64,000 bases of DNA from Eledone cirrhosa. Its lineage: Eukaryota. A model generated the notes under the pieces. That model did no database searches and was not told the origin of the DNA. It saw only the letters and a program-made list of their open reading frames with translations. This document shows, piece by piece, positions 23,273-36,928 of this stretch. Both the position numbers and the translations under genes were made by a program. The stretch spans positions 4,092,001 through 4,156,000 of the forward strand of contig OZ024744.1 of NCBI GenBank assembly GCA_964016885.1. Reading direction: 5' to 3'. Each line of letters opens with the position of its first letter. Position 1 is the stretch's first letter.

Positions 23273-26200
23273 GAGAAAGATAGCTTGGTGAAGAACGATG
23301 TTTTGAGGGAAGACAAGGTAGAGAAAGATAGCTTGGTGAAGAACGACGTTTTGAGGGAAGACAAGGTAGAGAAAGATAGCTTGGTGAAGAACGACGTTTT
23401 GTGGGAAGACAAGGTAGAGAAAGATAGCTTGGTGAAGAACGAAGTTTTGGGGGAAGACAAGGTAGAGAAAGATAGCTTGCGAAGAACGAAGTTTTGGGGG
23501 AAGACAAGGTAGAGAAAGATAGCTTGGCGAAGAACGAAGTTTTGGGGGAAGACAAGGTAGAGAAAGATAGCTTGGTGAAGAACGACGTTTTGAGGGAAGA
23601 CAAGTTAGAGAAAGATAGCTTGGTGAAGAACGAAGTTTTGTATGAAGACAAGCTAGAGAAAGATAGCTTGGTGAAGAACGAAGTTTTAGGGGAAGACAAG
23701 GTAGAGAAAGATAGCTTGGTGAAGAACGAAGTTTTGGGGGAAGACAAGGTAGAGAAAGATAGCTTGGTGAAGAACAAAGTTTTGGGGGAAGACAAGGTAG
23801 AGAAAGATAGCTTGGTGAAGAACGAAGTTTTGAGGGAAGACGAGGTAGAGAAAGATAGCTTGGTGAAGAACGAAGTTTTGGGGGAAGACAAGGTAGAGAA
23901 AGATAGCTTGGTGAAGAACGAAGTTTTGGGGGAAGACAAGGTAGAGAAAGATAGCTTGGTGAAGAACGACGTTTTGAGGGAAGACAAGGTCGTGAAAGAT
24001 AGCTTGGTGAAGAACGAAGTTTTGGGGAAGACAATGTAGAGAAAGATAGCTTGGTGAAGAACGAAGTTTTGGGTGAAGACAAGGTAGAGAAAGATAGCTT
24101 GGTGAAGAACGAAGTTTTGAGGGAAGACAAGGTAGAGAAAGATAGCTTGGTGAAGAACGACGTTTTGGGGAAGACAAGGTAGAGAAAGATAGCTTGGTGA
24201 AGTACGAAGTTTTGAGGGAAGACAAGGTAGAGAAAGATAGCTTGGTGAAGAACGACGTTTTGTGGGAAGACAAGGTAGAGAAAGATAGCTTGGTGAAGAA
24301 CGAAGTTTTGTGGGAAGACAAGGTAGAGAAAGATAGCTTGGTGAAGAACGAAGTTTTGGGGGAAGACAAGGTAGAGAAAGATAGCTTGGTGAAGAACGAA
24401 GTTTTGGGGGAAGACAAGGTAGAGAAAGATAGCTTGGTGAACAACGAAGTTTTGGGGGAAGACAAGGTAGAGAAAGATAGCTTGGTGAAGAACGAAGTTT
24501 TGGGGAAGACAATGTAGAGAAAGATAGCTTGGTGAAGAACGAAGTTTTGTGGGAAGACAAGGTAGAGAAAGATAGCTTGGTGAAGAACGAAGGTTTGAGG
24601 GAAGACAAGGTAGAGAAAGATAGCTTGGTGAATAACGAAGTTTTGGGAGAAGACAAGGTAGAGAAAGATAGCTTGGTGAAGAACGACTTTTTGAGGGAAG
24701 ACAAGGTAGAGAAAGATAGCTTGGTGAAGAACGAAGTTTTGGGGAAGACAATGTAGAGAAAGATATCTTGGTGAAGAACGAAGTTTTGACGGAAGACAAG
24801 GTAGAGAAAGATAGCTTGGTGAAGAACGAAGTTTTGGGGGAAGACAAGTTAGAGAAAGATAGCTTGGTGAAGAACGAAATTTTGGGGAAAGACGAGGTAG
24901 AGAAAGATAGCTTGGTGAACAACGAAGTTTTGGGGGAAGACAAGGTAGAGAAAGATAGCTTGGTGAATAACGAAGTTTTGGGAGAAGACAAGGTAGAGAA
25001 AGATAGCTTGGTGAAGAACGATGTTTTGAGGGAAGACAAGGTAGAGAAAGATAGCTTGGTGAAGAACGACGTTTTGAGGGAAGACAAGGTAGAGAAAGAT
25101 AGCTTGGTGAAGAACGACGTTTTGTGGGAAGACAAGGTAGAGAAAGATAGCTTGGTGAAGAACGAAGTTTTGGGGGAAGACAAGGTAGAGAAAGATAGCT
25201 TGCGAAGAACGAAGTTTTGGGGGAAGACAAGGTAGAGAAAGATAGCTTGGTGAAGAACGAAGTTTTGGGGGAAGACAAGGTAGAGAAAGAGAGCTTGGTG
25301 AAGAACGACGTTTTGAGGGAAGACAAGGTAGAGAAAGATAGCTTGGTGAAGAACGAAGTTTTGAGGGAAGACAAGGTAGAGAAAGATAGCTTGGTGAAGA
25401 ACGATGTTTTGAGGGAAGACAAGGTAGAAAAAGATAGCTTGGTGAAGAACGACGTTTTGAGGGAAGACAAGGTAGAGAAAGATAGCTTGGTGAAGAACGA
25501 CGTTTTGTGGGAAGACAAGGTAGAGAAAGATAGCTTGGTGAAGAACGAAGTTTTGGGGGAAGACAAGGTAGAGAAAGATAGCTTGGTGAAGAACGAAGTT
25601 TTTGGGGAAGACAAGGTAGAGAAAGAGAGCTTGGTGAAGAACGACGTTTTGATGAAAGACAAGGTAGAGAAAGATAGCTTGGTGAAGAACGAAGTTTTGG
25701 GGAAGACAATGTAGAGAAAGATAGCTTGGTGAAGAACGAAGTTTTGGGGGAAGACAAGGTAGAGAAAGATAGCTTGGTGAAGAACGAAGTTCTGAGGGAC
25801 GACAAGGTAGAGAAAGATAGCTTGGTGAAGAACGAAGTTTTGGGAGAAGACAAGGTAGAGAAAGATATCTTGGTGAAGAACGAAGTTTTGACGGAAGACA
25901 AGGTAGAGAAAGATAGCTTGGTGAAGAATGACGTTTTGTGGGAAGACAAGGTAGAGAATAGATAGCTTGGTGAAGAACGAAGTTTTGTGTGAAGACAAGG
26001 TAGAGAAAGATAGCTTGGTGAAGAACGAAGTTTTGGGGGAAGACAAGGCAGAGAAAGATAGATTGGTGAAGAACGAAGTTTTGGGGAAGACAATGTAGAG
26101 AAAGATATCTTGGTGAAGAACGAAGTTTTGACGGAAGACAAGGTAGAGAAAGATAGCTTGGTGAAGAACGAAGTTTTGGGGGAAGACAAGTTAGAGAAAG

Positions 26201-29200
26201 ATAGCTTGGTGAAGAACGAAGTTTTGGGGAAAGACGAGGTAGAGAAACATAGCTTGGTGAACAACGAAGTTTTGGGGGAAGACAAGGTAGAGAAAGATAG
26301 CTTGGTGAATAACGAGGTTTTGGGAGAAGACAAGGTAGAGAAAGATAGCTTGGTGAAGAACGATGTTTTGAGGGAAGACAAGGTAGAGAAAGATAGCTTG
26401 GTGAAGAACGACGTTTTGAAGGAAGACAAGGTAGAGAAAGATAGCTTGGTGAAGAACGACGTTTTGTGGGAAGACAAGGTAGAGAAAGATAGCTTGGTGA
26501 AGAACGAAGTTTTGGGGGAAGACAAGGTAGAGAAAGATAGCTTGGTGAAGAACGATGTTTTGAGGGAAGACAAGGTAGAGAAAGATAGCTTGGTGAAGAA
26601 CGACGTTTTGAGGGAAGACAAGGTAGAGAAAGATAGCTTGGTGAAGAACGACGTTTTGTGGGAAGACAAGGTAGAGAAAGATAGCTTGGTGAAGAACGAA
26701 GTTTTGGGGGAAGACAAGGTAGAGAAAGATAGCTTGCGAAGAACGAAGCTTTGGGGGAAGACAAGGTAGAGAAAGATAGCTTGGTGAAGAACGAAGTTTT
26801 GGGGGAAGACAAGGTAGAGAAAGATAGCTTGGTGAAGAACGACGTTTTGAGGGAAGACAAGGTAGAGAAAGATAGCTTGGTGAAGAACGAAGTTTTGAGG
26901 AAGACAAGGTAGAGAAAGATAGCTTGGTGAAGAACGATGTTTTGAGGGAAGACAAGGTAGAAAAAGATAGCTTGGTGAAGAACGACGTTTTGAGGGAAGA
27001 CAAGGTAGAGAAAGATAGCTTGGTGAAGAACGACGTTTTGTGGGAAGACAAGGTAGAGAAAGATAGCTTGGTGAAGAACGAAGTTTTGGGGGAAGACAAG
27101 GTAGAGAAAGATAGCTTGGTGAAGAACGAAGTTTTTGGGGAAGACAAGGTAGAGAAAGAGAGCTTGGTGAAGAACGACGTTTTGATGAAAGACAAGGTAG
27201 AGAAAGATAGCTTGGTGAAGAACGAAGTTTTGGGGAAGACAATGTAGAGAAAGATAGCTTGGTGAAGAACGAAGTTTTGGGGGAAGACAAGGTAGAGAAA
27301 GATAGCTTGGTGAAGAACGAAGTTCTGAGGGACGACAAGGTAGAGAAAGATAGCTTGGTGAAGAACGAAGTTTTGGGAGAAGACAAGGTAGAGAAAGATA
27401 TCTTGGTGAAGAACGAAGTTTTGACGGAAGACAAGGTAGAGAAAGATAGCTTGGTGAAGAATGACGTTTTGTGGGAAGACAAGGTAGAGAATAGATAGCT
27501 TGGTGAAGAACGAAGTTTTGTGTGAAGACAAGGTAGAGAAAGATAGCTTGGTGAAGAACGAAGTTTTGGGGGAAGACAAGGCAGAGAAAGATAGATTGGT
27601 GAAGAACGAAGTTTTGAGGGATGACAAGGTAGAGAAAGATGACTTGGTGTAGAAAGAAGTTTTGGGGGAAGACAAGGTAGAGAAAGATAGCTTGGTGAAG
27701 AACGAAGTTTTGGGGGAAGACAAGGTAGAGAAAGATAGCTTGGTGAAGAACGAAGTTTTGGGGGAAGACAAGGTAGAGAAAGATAGCTTGGTGAAGAACG
27801 AAGTTTTGAGGGAAGACAAGGTAGAGAAAGATAGCTTGGTGAATAACGAAGTTTTGGGAGAAGACAAGGTAGAGAAAGATAGCTTGGTGAAGAACGATGT
27901 TTTGAGGGAAGACAAGGTAGAGAAAGATAGCTTGGTGAAAAACGACGTTTTGAGGGAAGACAAGGTAGAGAAAGATAGCTTGGTGAAGAACGAAGTTCTG
28001 AGGGAAGACAAGGTAGAGAAAGATAGCTTGGTGAAGAACGAAGTTTTGGGAGAAAACAAGGTAGAGAAAGATATATTGGTGAAGAACGAAGTTTCGACGG
28101 AAGACAAGGTAGAGAAAGATAGCTTGGTGAAGAATTACGTTTTGTGGGAAGACAAGGTAGAGAAAGATAGCTTGGTGAAGAACGAAGTTTTGTGTGAAGA
28201 CAAGCTAGAGAAAGATAGCTTGGTGAAGAACGAAGTTTTGGGGGAAGACAAGGTAGAGAAAGATAGCTTGGTGAAGAACGAAGTTTTGGGGGAAGACAAG
28301 GTAGAGAAAGATAGCTTGGTGAAGAACGAAGTTTTGAGGGAAGACAAGGTAGAGAAAGATAGCTTGGTGAATAACGAAGTTTTGGGAGAAGACAAGGTAG
28401 AGAAAGATAGCTTGGTGAAGAACGATGTTTTGAGGGAAGACAAGGTAGAGAAAGATAGCTTGGTGAAGAACGACGTTTTGAGGGAAGACAAGGTAGAGAA
28501 AGATAGCTTGGTGAAGAACGACGTTTTGTGGGAAGACAAGGTAGAGAAAGATAGCTTGGTGAAGAACGAAGTTTTGGGGGAAGACAAGGTAGAGAAAGAT
28601 AGCTTGCGAAGAACGAAGTTTTGGGGGAAGACAAGGTAGAGAAAGATAGCTTGGCGAAGAACGAAGTTTTGGGGGAAGACAAGGTAGAGAAAGATAGCTT
28701 GGTGAAGAACGACGTTTTGAGGGAAGACAAGTTAGAGAAAGATAGCTTGGTGAAGAACGAAGTTTTGTATGAAGACAAGCTAGAGAAAGATAGCTTGGTG
28801 AAGAACGAAGTTTTAGGGGAAGACAAGGTAGAGAAAGATAGCTTGGTGAAGAACGAAGTTTTGGGGGAAGACAAGGTAGAGAAAGATAGCTTGGTGAAGA
28901 ACAAAGTTTTGGGGGAAGACAAGGTAGAGAAAGATAGCTTGGTGAAGAACGAAGTTTTGAGGGAAGACGAGGTAGAGAAAGATAGCTTGGTGAAGAACGA
29001 AGTTTTAGGGGAAGACAAGGTAGAGAAAGATAGCTTGGTGAAGAACGAAGTTTTGGGGGAAGACAAGGTAGAGAAAGATAGCTTGGTGAAGAACGACGTT
29101 TTGAGGGAAGACAAGGTCGTGAAAGATAGCTTGGTGAAGAACGAAGTTTTGGGGAAGACAATGTAGAGAAAGATAGCTTGGTGAAGAACGAAGTTTTGGG

Positions 29201-29997
29201 TGAAGACAAGGTAGAGAAAGATAGCTTGGTGAAGAACGAAGTTTTGAGGGAAGACAAGGTAGAGAAAGATAGCTTGGTGAAGAACGAAGTTTTGGGGAAG
29301 ACAAGGTAGAGAAAGATAGCTTGGTGAAGAACGAAGTTTTGAGGGAAGACAAGGTAGAGAAAGATAGCTTGGTGAAGAACGACGTTTTGTGGGAAGACAA
29401 GGTAGAGAAAGATAGCTTGGTGAAGAACGAAGTTTTGTGGGAAGACAAGGTAGAGAAAGATAGCTTGGTGAAGAACGAAGTTTTGGGGGAAGACAAGGTA
29501 GAGAAAGATAGCTTGGTGAAGAACGAAGTTTTGGGGGAAGACGAGGTAGAGAAAGATAGCTTGGTGAACAACGAAGTTTTGGGGGAAGACAAGGTAGAGA
29601 AAGATAGCTTGGTGAAGAACGAAGTTTTGGGGAAGACAATGTAGAGAATGATAGCTTGGTGAAGAACGAAGTTTTGTGGGAAGACAAGGTAGAGAAAGAT
29701 AGCTTGGTGAAGAACGAAGGTTTGAGGGAAGACAAGGTAGAGAAAGATAGCTTGGTGAATAACGAAGTTTTGGGAGAAGACAAGGTAGAGAAAGATAGCT
29801 TGGTGAAGAACGACTTTTTGAGGGAAGACAAGGTAGAGAAAGATAGCTTGGTGAAGAACGAAGTTTTGGGGAAGACAATGTAGAGAAAGATATCTTGGTG
29901 AAGAACGAAGTTTTGACGGAAGACAAGGTAGAGAAAGATAGCTTGGTGAAGAACGAAGTTTTGGGGGAAGACAAGTTAGAGAAAGATAGCTTGGTGA
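22700..29997. repeat. About 2.2-kb block duplicated at a 5127-bp offset (about 22700-24870 and 27827-29997)
   Basis: ORF starts 23494/28621, 24194/29321, 24529/29656. The 181-aa translations at 23494 and 28621 are identical, including the TAT, AACAAA and GTCGTG variants. Confidence 0.85.
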
Positions 29998-30794
29998 AGA
30001 ACGAAGTTTTGGGGGAAGACAAGGTAGAGAAAGATAGCTTGCGAAGAACGAAGTTTTGGGGGAAGACAAGGTAGAGAAAGATAGCTTGGTGAAGAACGAA
30101 GTTTTGGGGGAAGACAAGGTAGAGAAAGATAGCTTGGTGAAGAACGACGTTTTGAGGGAAGACAAGGTAGAGAAAGATAGCTTGGTGAAGAACGAAGTTT
30201 TGAGGGAAGACAAGGTAGAGAAAGATAGCTTGGTGAAGAACGATGTTTTGAGGGAAGACAAGGTAGAAAAAGATAGCTTGGTGAAGAACGACGTTTTGAG
30301 GGAAGACAAGGTAGAGAAAGATAGCTTGGTGAAGAACGACGTTTTGTGGGAAGACAAGGTAGATAAAGATATCTTGGTGAAGAACGAAGTTTTGAGGGAA
30401 GACAAGGTAGAGAAAGATAGCTTGGTGAAGAACGAAGTTTTGGGGAAGACAAGGTAGAGAAAGATAGCTTGGTGAAGAACGACGTTTTGAGGGAAGACAA
30501 GGTCGTGAAAGATAGCTTGGTGAAGAACGAAGTTTTGGGGAAGACAATGTAGAGAAAGATAGCTTGGTGAAGAACGAAGTTTTGGGTGAAGACAAGGTAG
30601 AGAAAGATAGCTTGGTGAAGAACGAAGTTTTGAGGGAAGACAAGGTAGAGAAAGATAGCTTGGTGAAGAACGAAGTTTTGGGGAAGACAAGGTAGAGAAA
30701 GATAGCTTGGCGAAGAACGAAGTTTTGAGGGAAGACAAGGTAGAGAAAGATAGCTTGGTGAAGTACGACGTTTTGTGGGAAGACAAGGTAGAGA

Positions 30795-33700
30795 AAGATA
30801 GCTTGGTGAAGAACGAAGTTTTGTGGGAAGACAAGGTAGAGAAAGGTAGCTTGGTGAAGAACGAAGTTTTGGGGGAAGACAAGGTAGAGACAGATAGCTT
30901 GGTGAAGAACGAAGTTTTGGGGGAAGACGAGGTAGAGAAAGATAGCTTGGTGAACAACGAAGTTTTGGGGGAAGACAAGGTAGAGAAAGATAGCTTGGTG
31001 AAGAACGAAGTTTTGGGGAAGACAATGTATAGAAAGATAGCTTGGTGAAGAACGAAGTTTTGTGGGAAGACAAGGTAGAGAAAGATAGCTTGGTGAAGAA
31101 CGAAGGTTTGAGGGAAGACAAGGTAGAGAAAGATAGCTTGGTGAATAACGAAGTTTTGGGAGAAGACAAGGTAGAGAAAGATAGCTTGGTGAAGAACGAC
31201 TTTTTGAGGGAAGACAAGGTAGAGAAAGATAGCTTGGTGAAGAACGAAGTTTTGGGGAAGACAATGTAGAGAAAGATATCTTGGTGAAGAACGAAGTTTT
31301 GACGGAAGACAAGGTAGAGAAAGATAGCTTGGTGAAGAACGAAGTTTTGGGGGAAGACAAGTTAGAGAAAGATAGCTTGGTGAAGAACGAAGTTTTGGGG
31401 AAAGACGAGGTAGAGAAAGATAGCTTGGTGAACAACGAAGTTTTGGGGGAAGACAAGGTAGAGAAAGATAGCTTGGTGAATAACGAGGTTTTGGGAGAAG
31501 ACAAGGTAGAGAAAGATAGCTTGGTGAAGAACGATGTTTTGAGGGAAGACAAGGTAGAGAAAGATAGCTTGGTGAAGAACGACGTTTTGAGGGAAGACAA
31601 GGTAGAGAAAGATAGCTTGGTGAAGAACGACGTTTTGTGGGAAGACAAGGTAGAGAAAGATAGCTTGGTGAAGAACGAAGTTTTGGGGGAAGACAAGGTA
31701 GAGAAAGATAGCTTGCGAAGAACGAAGTTTTGGGGGAAGACAAGGTAGAGAAAGATAGCTTGGTGAAGAACGAAGTTTTGGGGGAAGACAAGGTAGAGAA
31801 AGATAGCTTGGTGAAGAACGACGTTTTGAGGGAAGACAAGGTAGAGAAAGATAGCTTGGTGAAGAACGAAGTTTTGAGGGAAGACAAGGTAGAGAAAGAT
31901 AGCTTGGTGAAGAACGATGTTTTGAGGGAAGACAAGGTAGAAAAAGATAGCTTGGTGAAGAACGACGTTTTGAGGGAAGACAAGGTAGAGAAAGATAGCT
32001 TGGTGAAGAACGACGTTTTGTGGGAAGACAAGGTAGAGAAAGATAGCTTGGTGAAGAACGAAGTTTTGGGGGAAGACAAGGTAGAGAAAGATAGCTTGGT
32101 GAAGAACGAAGTTTTTGGGGAAGACAAGGTAGAGAAAGAGAGCTTGGTGAAGAAGGACGTTTTGATGAAAGACAAGGTAGAGAAAGATAGCTTGGTGAAG
32201 AACGAAGTTTTGGGGAAGACAATGTAGAGAAAGATAGCTTGGTGAAGAATGAAGTTTTGGGGGAAGACAAGGTAGAGAAAGATAGCTTGGTGAAGAACGA
32301 AGTTCTGAGGGACGACAAGGTAGAGAAAGATAGCTTGGTGAAGAACGAAGTTTTGGGAGAAGACAAGGTAGAGAAAGATATCTTGGTGAAGAACGAAGTT
32401 TTGACGGAAGACAAGGTAGAGAAAGATAGCTTGGTGAAGAATGACGTTTTGTGGGAAGACAAGGTAGAGAATAGATAGCTTGGTGAAGAACGAAGTTTTG
32501 TGTGAAGACAAGGTAGAGAAAGATAGCTTGGTGAAGAACGAAGTTTTGGGGGAAGACAAGGCAGAGAAAGATAGATTGGTGAAGAACGAAATTTTGAGGG
32601 ATGACAAGGTAGAGAAAGATGACTTGGTGTAGAAAGAAGTTTTGGGGGAAGACAAGGTAGAGAAAGATAGCTTGGTGAAGAACGAAGTTTTGGGGGAAGA
32701 CAAGGTAGAGAAAGATAGCTTGGTGAAGAACGAAGTTTTGGGGGAAGACAAGGTAGAGAAAGATAGCTTGGTGAAGAACGAAGTTTTGAGGGAAGACAAG
32801 GTAGAGAAAGATAGCTTGGTGAATAACGAAGTTTTGGGAGAAGACAAGGTAGAGAAAGATAGCTTGGTGAAGAACGATGTTTTGAGGGAAGACAAGGTAG
32901 AGAAAGATAGCTTGGTGAAAAACGACGTTTTGAGGGAAGACAAGGTAGAGAAAGATAGCTTGGTGAAGAACGAAGTTCTGAGGGAAGACAAGGTAGAGAA
33001 AGATAGCTTGGTGAAGAACGAAGTTTTGGGAGAAAACAAGGTAGAGAAAGATATATTGGTGAAGAACGAAGTTTCGACGGAAGACAAGGTAGAGAAAGAT
33101 AGCTTGGTGAAGAATGACGTTTTGTGGGAAGACAAGGTAGAGAAAGATAGCTTGGTGAAGAACGAAGTTTTGTGTGAAGACAAGCTAGAGAAAGATAGCT
33201 TGGTGAAGAACGAAGTTTTGGGGGAAGACAAGGTAGAGAAAGATAGCTTGGTGAAGAACGAAGTTTTGGGGGAAGACAAGGTAGAGAAAGATAGCTTGGT
33301 GAAGAACGAAGTTTTGAGGGAAGACAAGGTAGAGAAAGATAGCTTGGTGAATAACGAAGTTTTGGGAGAAGACAAGGTAGAGAAAGATAGCTTGGTGAAG
33401 AACGATGTTTTGAGGGAAGACAAGGTAGAGAAAGATAGCTTGGTGAAGAACGACGTTTTGAGGGAAGACAAGGTAGAGAAAGATAGCTTGGTGAAGAACG
33501 ACGTTTTGTGGGAAGACAAGGTAGAGAAAGATAGCTTGGTGAAGAACGAAGTTTTGGGGGAAGACAAGGTAGAGAAAGATAGCTTGCGAAGAACGAAGTT
33601 TTGTGGGAAGACAAGGTAGAGAAAGATAGCTTGGCGAAGAACGAAGTTTTGGGGGAAGACAAGGTAGAGAAAGATAGCTTGGTGAAGAACGACGTTTTGA

Positions 33701-36700
33701 GGGAAGACAAGTTAGAGAAAGATAGCTTGGTGAAGAACGAAGTTTTGTATGAAGACAAGCTAGAGAAAGATAGCTTGGTGAAGAACGAAGTTTTAGGGGA
33801 AGACAAGTAGAGAAAGATAGCTTGGTGAAGAACGAAGTTTTGGGGGAAGACAAGGTAGAGAAAGATAGCTTGGTGAAGAACGAAGTTTTGTGGGAAGACA
33901 AGGTAGAGAAAGGTAGCTTGGTGAAGAACGAAGTTTTGGGGGAAGACAAGGTAGAGACAGATAGCTTGGTGAAGAACGAAGTTTTGGGGGAAGACGAGGT
34001 AGAGAAAGATAGCTTGGTGAACAACGAAGTTTTGGGGGAAGACAAGGTAGAGAAAGATAGCTTGGTGAAGAACGAAGTTTTGGGGAAGACAATGTATAGA
34101 AAGATAGCTTGGTGAAGAACGAAGTTTTGTGGGAAGACAAGGTAGAGAAAGATAGCTTGGTGAAGAACGAAGGTTTGAGGGAAGACAAGGTAGAGAAAGA
34201 TAGCTTGGTGAATAACGAAGTTTTGGGAGAAGACAAGGTAGAGAAAGATAGCTTGGTGAAGAACGACTTTTTGAGGGAAGACAAGGTAGAGAAAGATAGC
34301 TTGGTGAAGAACGAAGTTTTGGGGAAGACAATGTAGAGAAAGATATCTTGGTGAAGAACGAAGTTTTGACGGAAGACAAGGTAGAGAAAGATAGCTTGGT
34401 GAAGAACGAAGTTTTGGGGGAAGACAAGTTAGAGAAAGATAGCTTGGTGAAGAACGAAGTTTTGGGGAAAGACGAGGTAGAGAAAGATAGCTTGGTGAAC
34501 AACGAAGTTTTGGGGGAAGACAAGGTAGAGAAAGATAGCTTGGTGAATAACGAGGTTTTGGGAGAAGACAAGGTAGAGAAAGATAGCTTGGTGAAGAACG
34601 ATGTTTTGAGGGAAGACAAGGTAGAGAAAGATAGCTTGGTGAAGAACGACGTTTTGAGGGAAGACAAGGTAGAGAAAGATAGCTTGGTGAAGAACGACGT
34701 TTTGTGGGAAGACAAGGTAGAGAAAGATAGCTTGGTGAAGAACGAAGTTTTGGGGGAAGACAAGGTAGAGAAAGATAGCTTGCGAAGAACGAAGTTTTGG
34801 GGGAAGACAAGGTAGAGAAAGATAGCTTGGTGAAGAACGAAGTTTTGGGGGAAGACAAGGTAGAGAAAGATAGCTTGGTGAAGAACGACGTTTTGAGGGA
34901 AGACAAGGTAGAGAAAGATAGCTTGGTGAAGAACGAAGTTTTGAGGGAAGACAAGGTAGAGAAAGATAGCTTGGTGAAGAACGATGTTTTGAGGGAAGAC
35001 AAGGTAGAAAAAGATAGCTTGGTGAAGAACGACGTTTTGAGGGAAGACAAGGTAGAGAAAGATAGCTTGGTGAAGAACGACGTTTTGTGGGAAGACAAGG
35101 TAGAGAAAGATAGCTTGGTGAAGAACGAAGTTTTGGGGGAAGACAAGGTAGAGAAAGATAGCTTGGTGAAGAACGAAGTTTTTGGGGAAGACAAGGTAGA
35201 GAAAGAGAGCTTGGTGAAGAAGGACGTTTTGATGAAAGACAAGGTAGAGAAAGATAGCTTGGTGAAGAACGAAGTTTTGGGGAAGACAATGTAGAGAAAG
35301 ATAGCTTGGTGAAGAATGAAGTTTTGGGGGAAGACAAGGTAGAGAAAGATAGCTTGGTGAAGAACGAAGTTCTGAGGGACGACAAGGTAGAGAAAGATAG
35401 CTTGGTGAAGAACGAAGTTTTGGGAGAAGACAAGGTAGAGAAAGATATCTTGGTGAAGAACGAAGTTTTGACGGAAGACAAGGTAGAGAAAGATAGCTTG
35501 GTGAAGAATGACGTTTTGTGGGAAGACAAGGTAGAGAATAGATAGCTTGGTGAAGAACGAAGTTTTGTGTGAAGACAAGGTAGAGAAAGATAGCTTGGTG
35601 AAGAACGAAGTTTTGGGGGAAGACAAGGCAGAGAAAGATAGATTGGTGAAGAACGAAATTTTGAGGGATGACAAGGTAGAGAAAGATGACTTGGTGTAGA
35701 AAGAAGTTTTGGGGGAAGACAAGGTAGAGAAAGATAGCTTGGTGAAGAACGAAGTTTTGGGGGAAGACAAGGTAGAGAAAGATAGCTTGGTGAAGAACGA
35801 AGTTTTGGGGGAAGACAAGGTAGAGAAAGATAGCTTGGTGAAGAACGAAGTTTTGAGGGAAGACAAGGTAGAGAAAGATAGCTTGGTGAATAACGAAGTT
35901 TTGGGAGAAGACAAGGTAGAGAAAGATAGCTTGGTGAAGAACGATGTTTTGAGGGAAGACAAGGTAGAGAAAGATAGCTTGGTGAAAAACGACGTTTTGA
36001 GGGAAGACAAGGTAGAGAAAGATAGCTTGGTGAAGAACGAAGTTCTGAGGGAAGACAAGGTAGAGAAAGATAGCTTGGTGAAGAACGAAGTTTTGGGAGA
36101 AAACAAGGTAGAGAAAGATATATTGGTGAAGAACGAAGTTTCGACGGAAGACAAGGTAGAGAAAGATAGCTTGGTGAAGAATGACGTTTTGTGGGAAGAC
36201 AAGGTAGAGAAAGATAGCTTGGTGAAGAACGAAGTTTTGTGTGAAGACAAGCTAGAGAAAGATAGCTTGGTGAAGAACGAAGTTTTGGGGGAAGACAAGG
36301 TAGAGAAAGATAGCTTGGTGAAGAACGAAGTTTTGGGGGAAGACAAGGTAGAGAAAGATAGCTTGGTGAAGAACGAAGTTTTGAGGGAAGACAAGGTAGA
36401 GAAAGATAGCTTGGTGAATAACGAAGTTTTGGGAGAAGACAAGGTAGAGAAAGATAGCTTGGTGAAGAACGATGTTTTGAGGGAAGACAAGGTAGAGAAA
36501 GATAGCTTGGTGAAGAACGACGTTTTGAGGGAAGACAAGGTAGAGAAAGATAGCTTGGTGAAGAACGACGTTTTGTGGGAAGACAAGGTAGAGAAAGATA
36601 GCTTGGTGAAGAACGAAGTTTTGGGGGAAGACAAGGTAGAGAAAGATAGCTTGCGAAGAACGAAGTTTTGTGGGAAGACAAGGTAGAGAAAGATAGCTTG

Positions 36701-36928
36701 GCGAAGAACGAAGTTTTGGGGGAAGACAAGGTAGAGAAAGATAGCTTGGTGAAGAACGACGTTTTGAGGGAAGACAAGTTAGAGAAAGATAGCTTGGTGA
36801 AGAACGAAGTTTTGTATGAAGACAAGCTAGAGAAAGATAGCTTGGTGAAGAACGAAGTTTTAGGGGAAGACAAGTAGAGAAAGATAGCTTGGTGAAGAAC
36901 GAAGTTTTGGGGGAAGACAAGGTAGAGA
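30795..36928. repeat. Tandem duplication, 2 x 3067 bp (64 monomers, net -5 bp)
   Basis: ORF starts 31042/34109, 31281/34348, 31730/34797, 32239/35306, 32642/35709, 33601/36668. Private variants AAAGGTAGC, GAGACAGAT and AATGTATAG occur in both copies. Confidence 0.92.
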
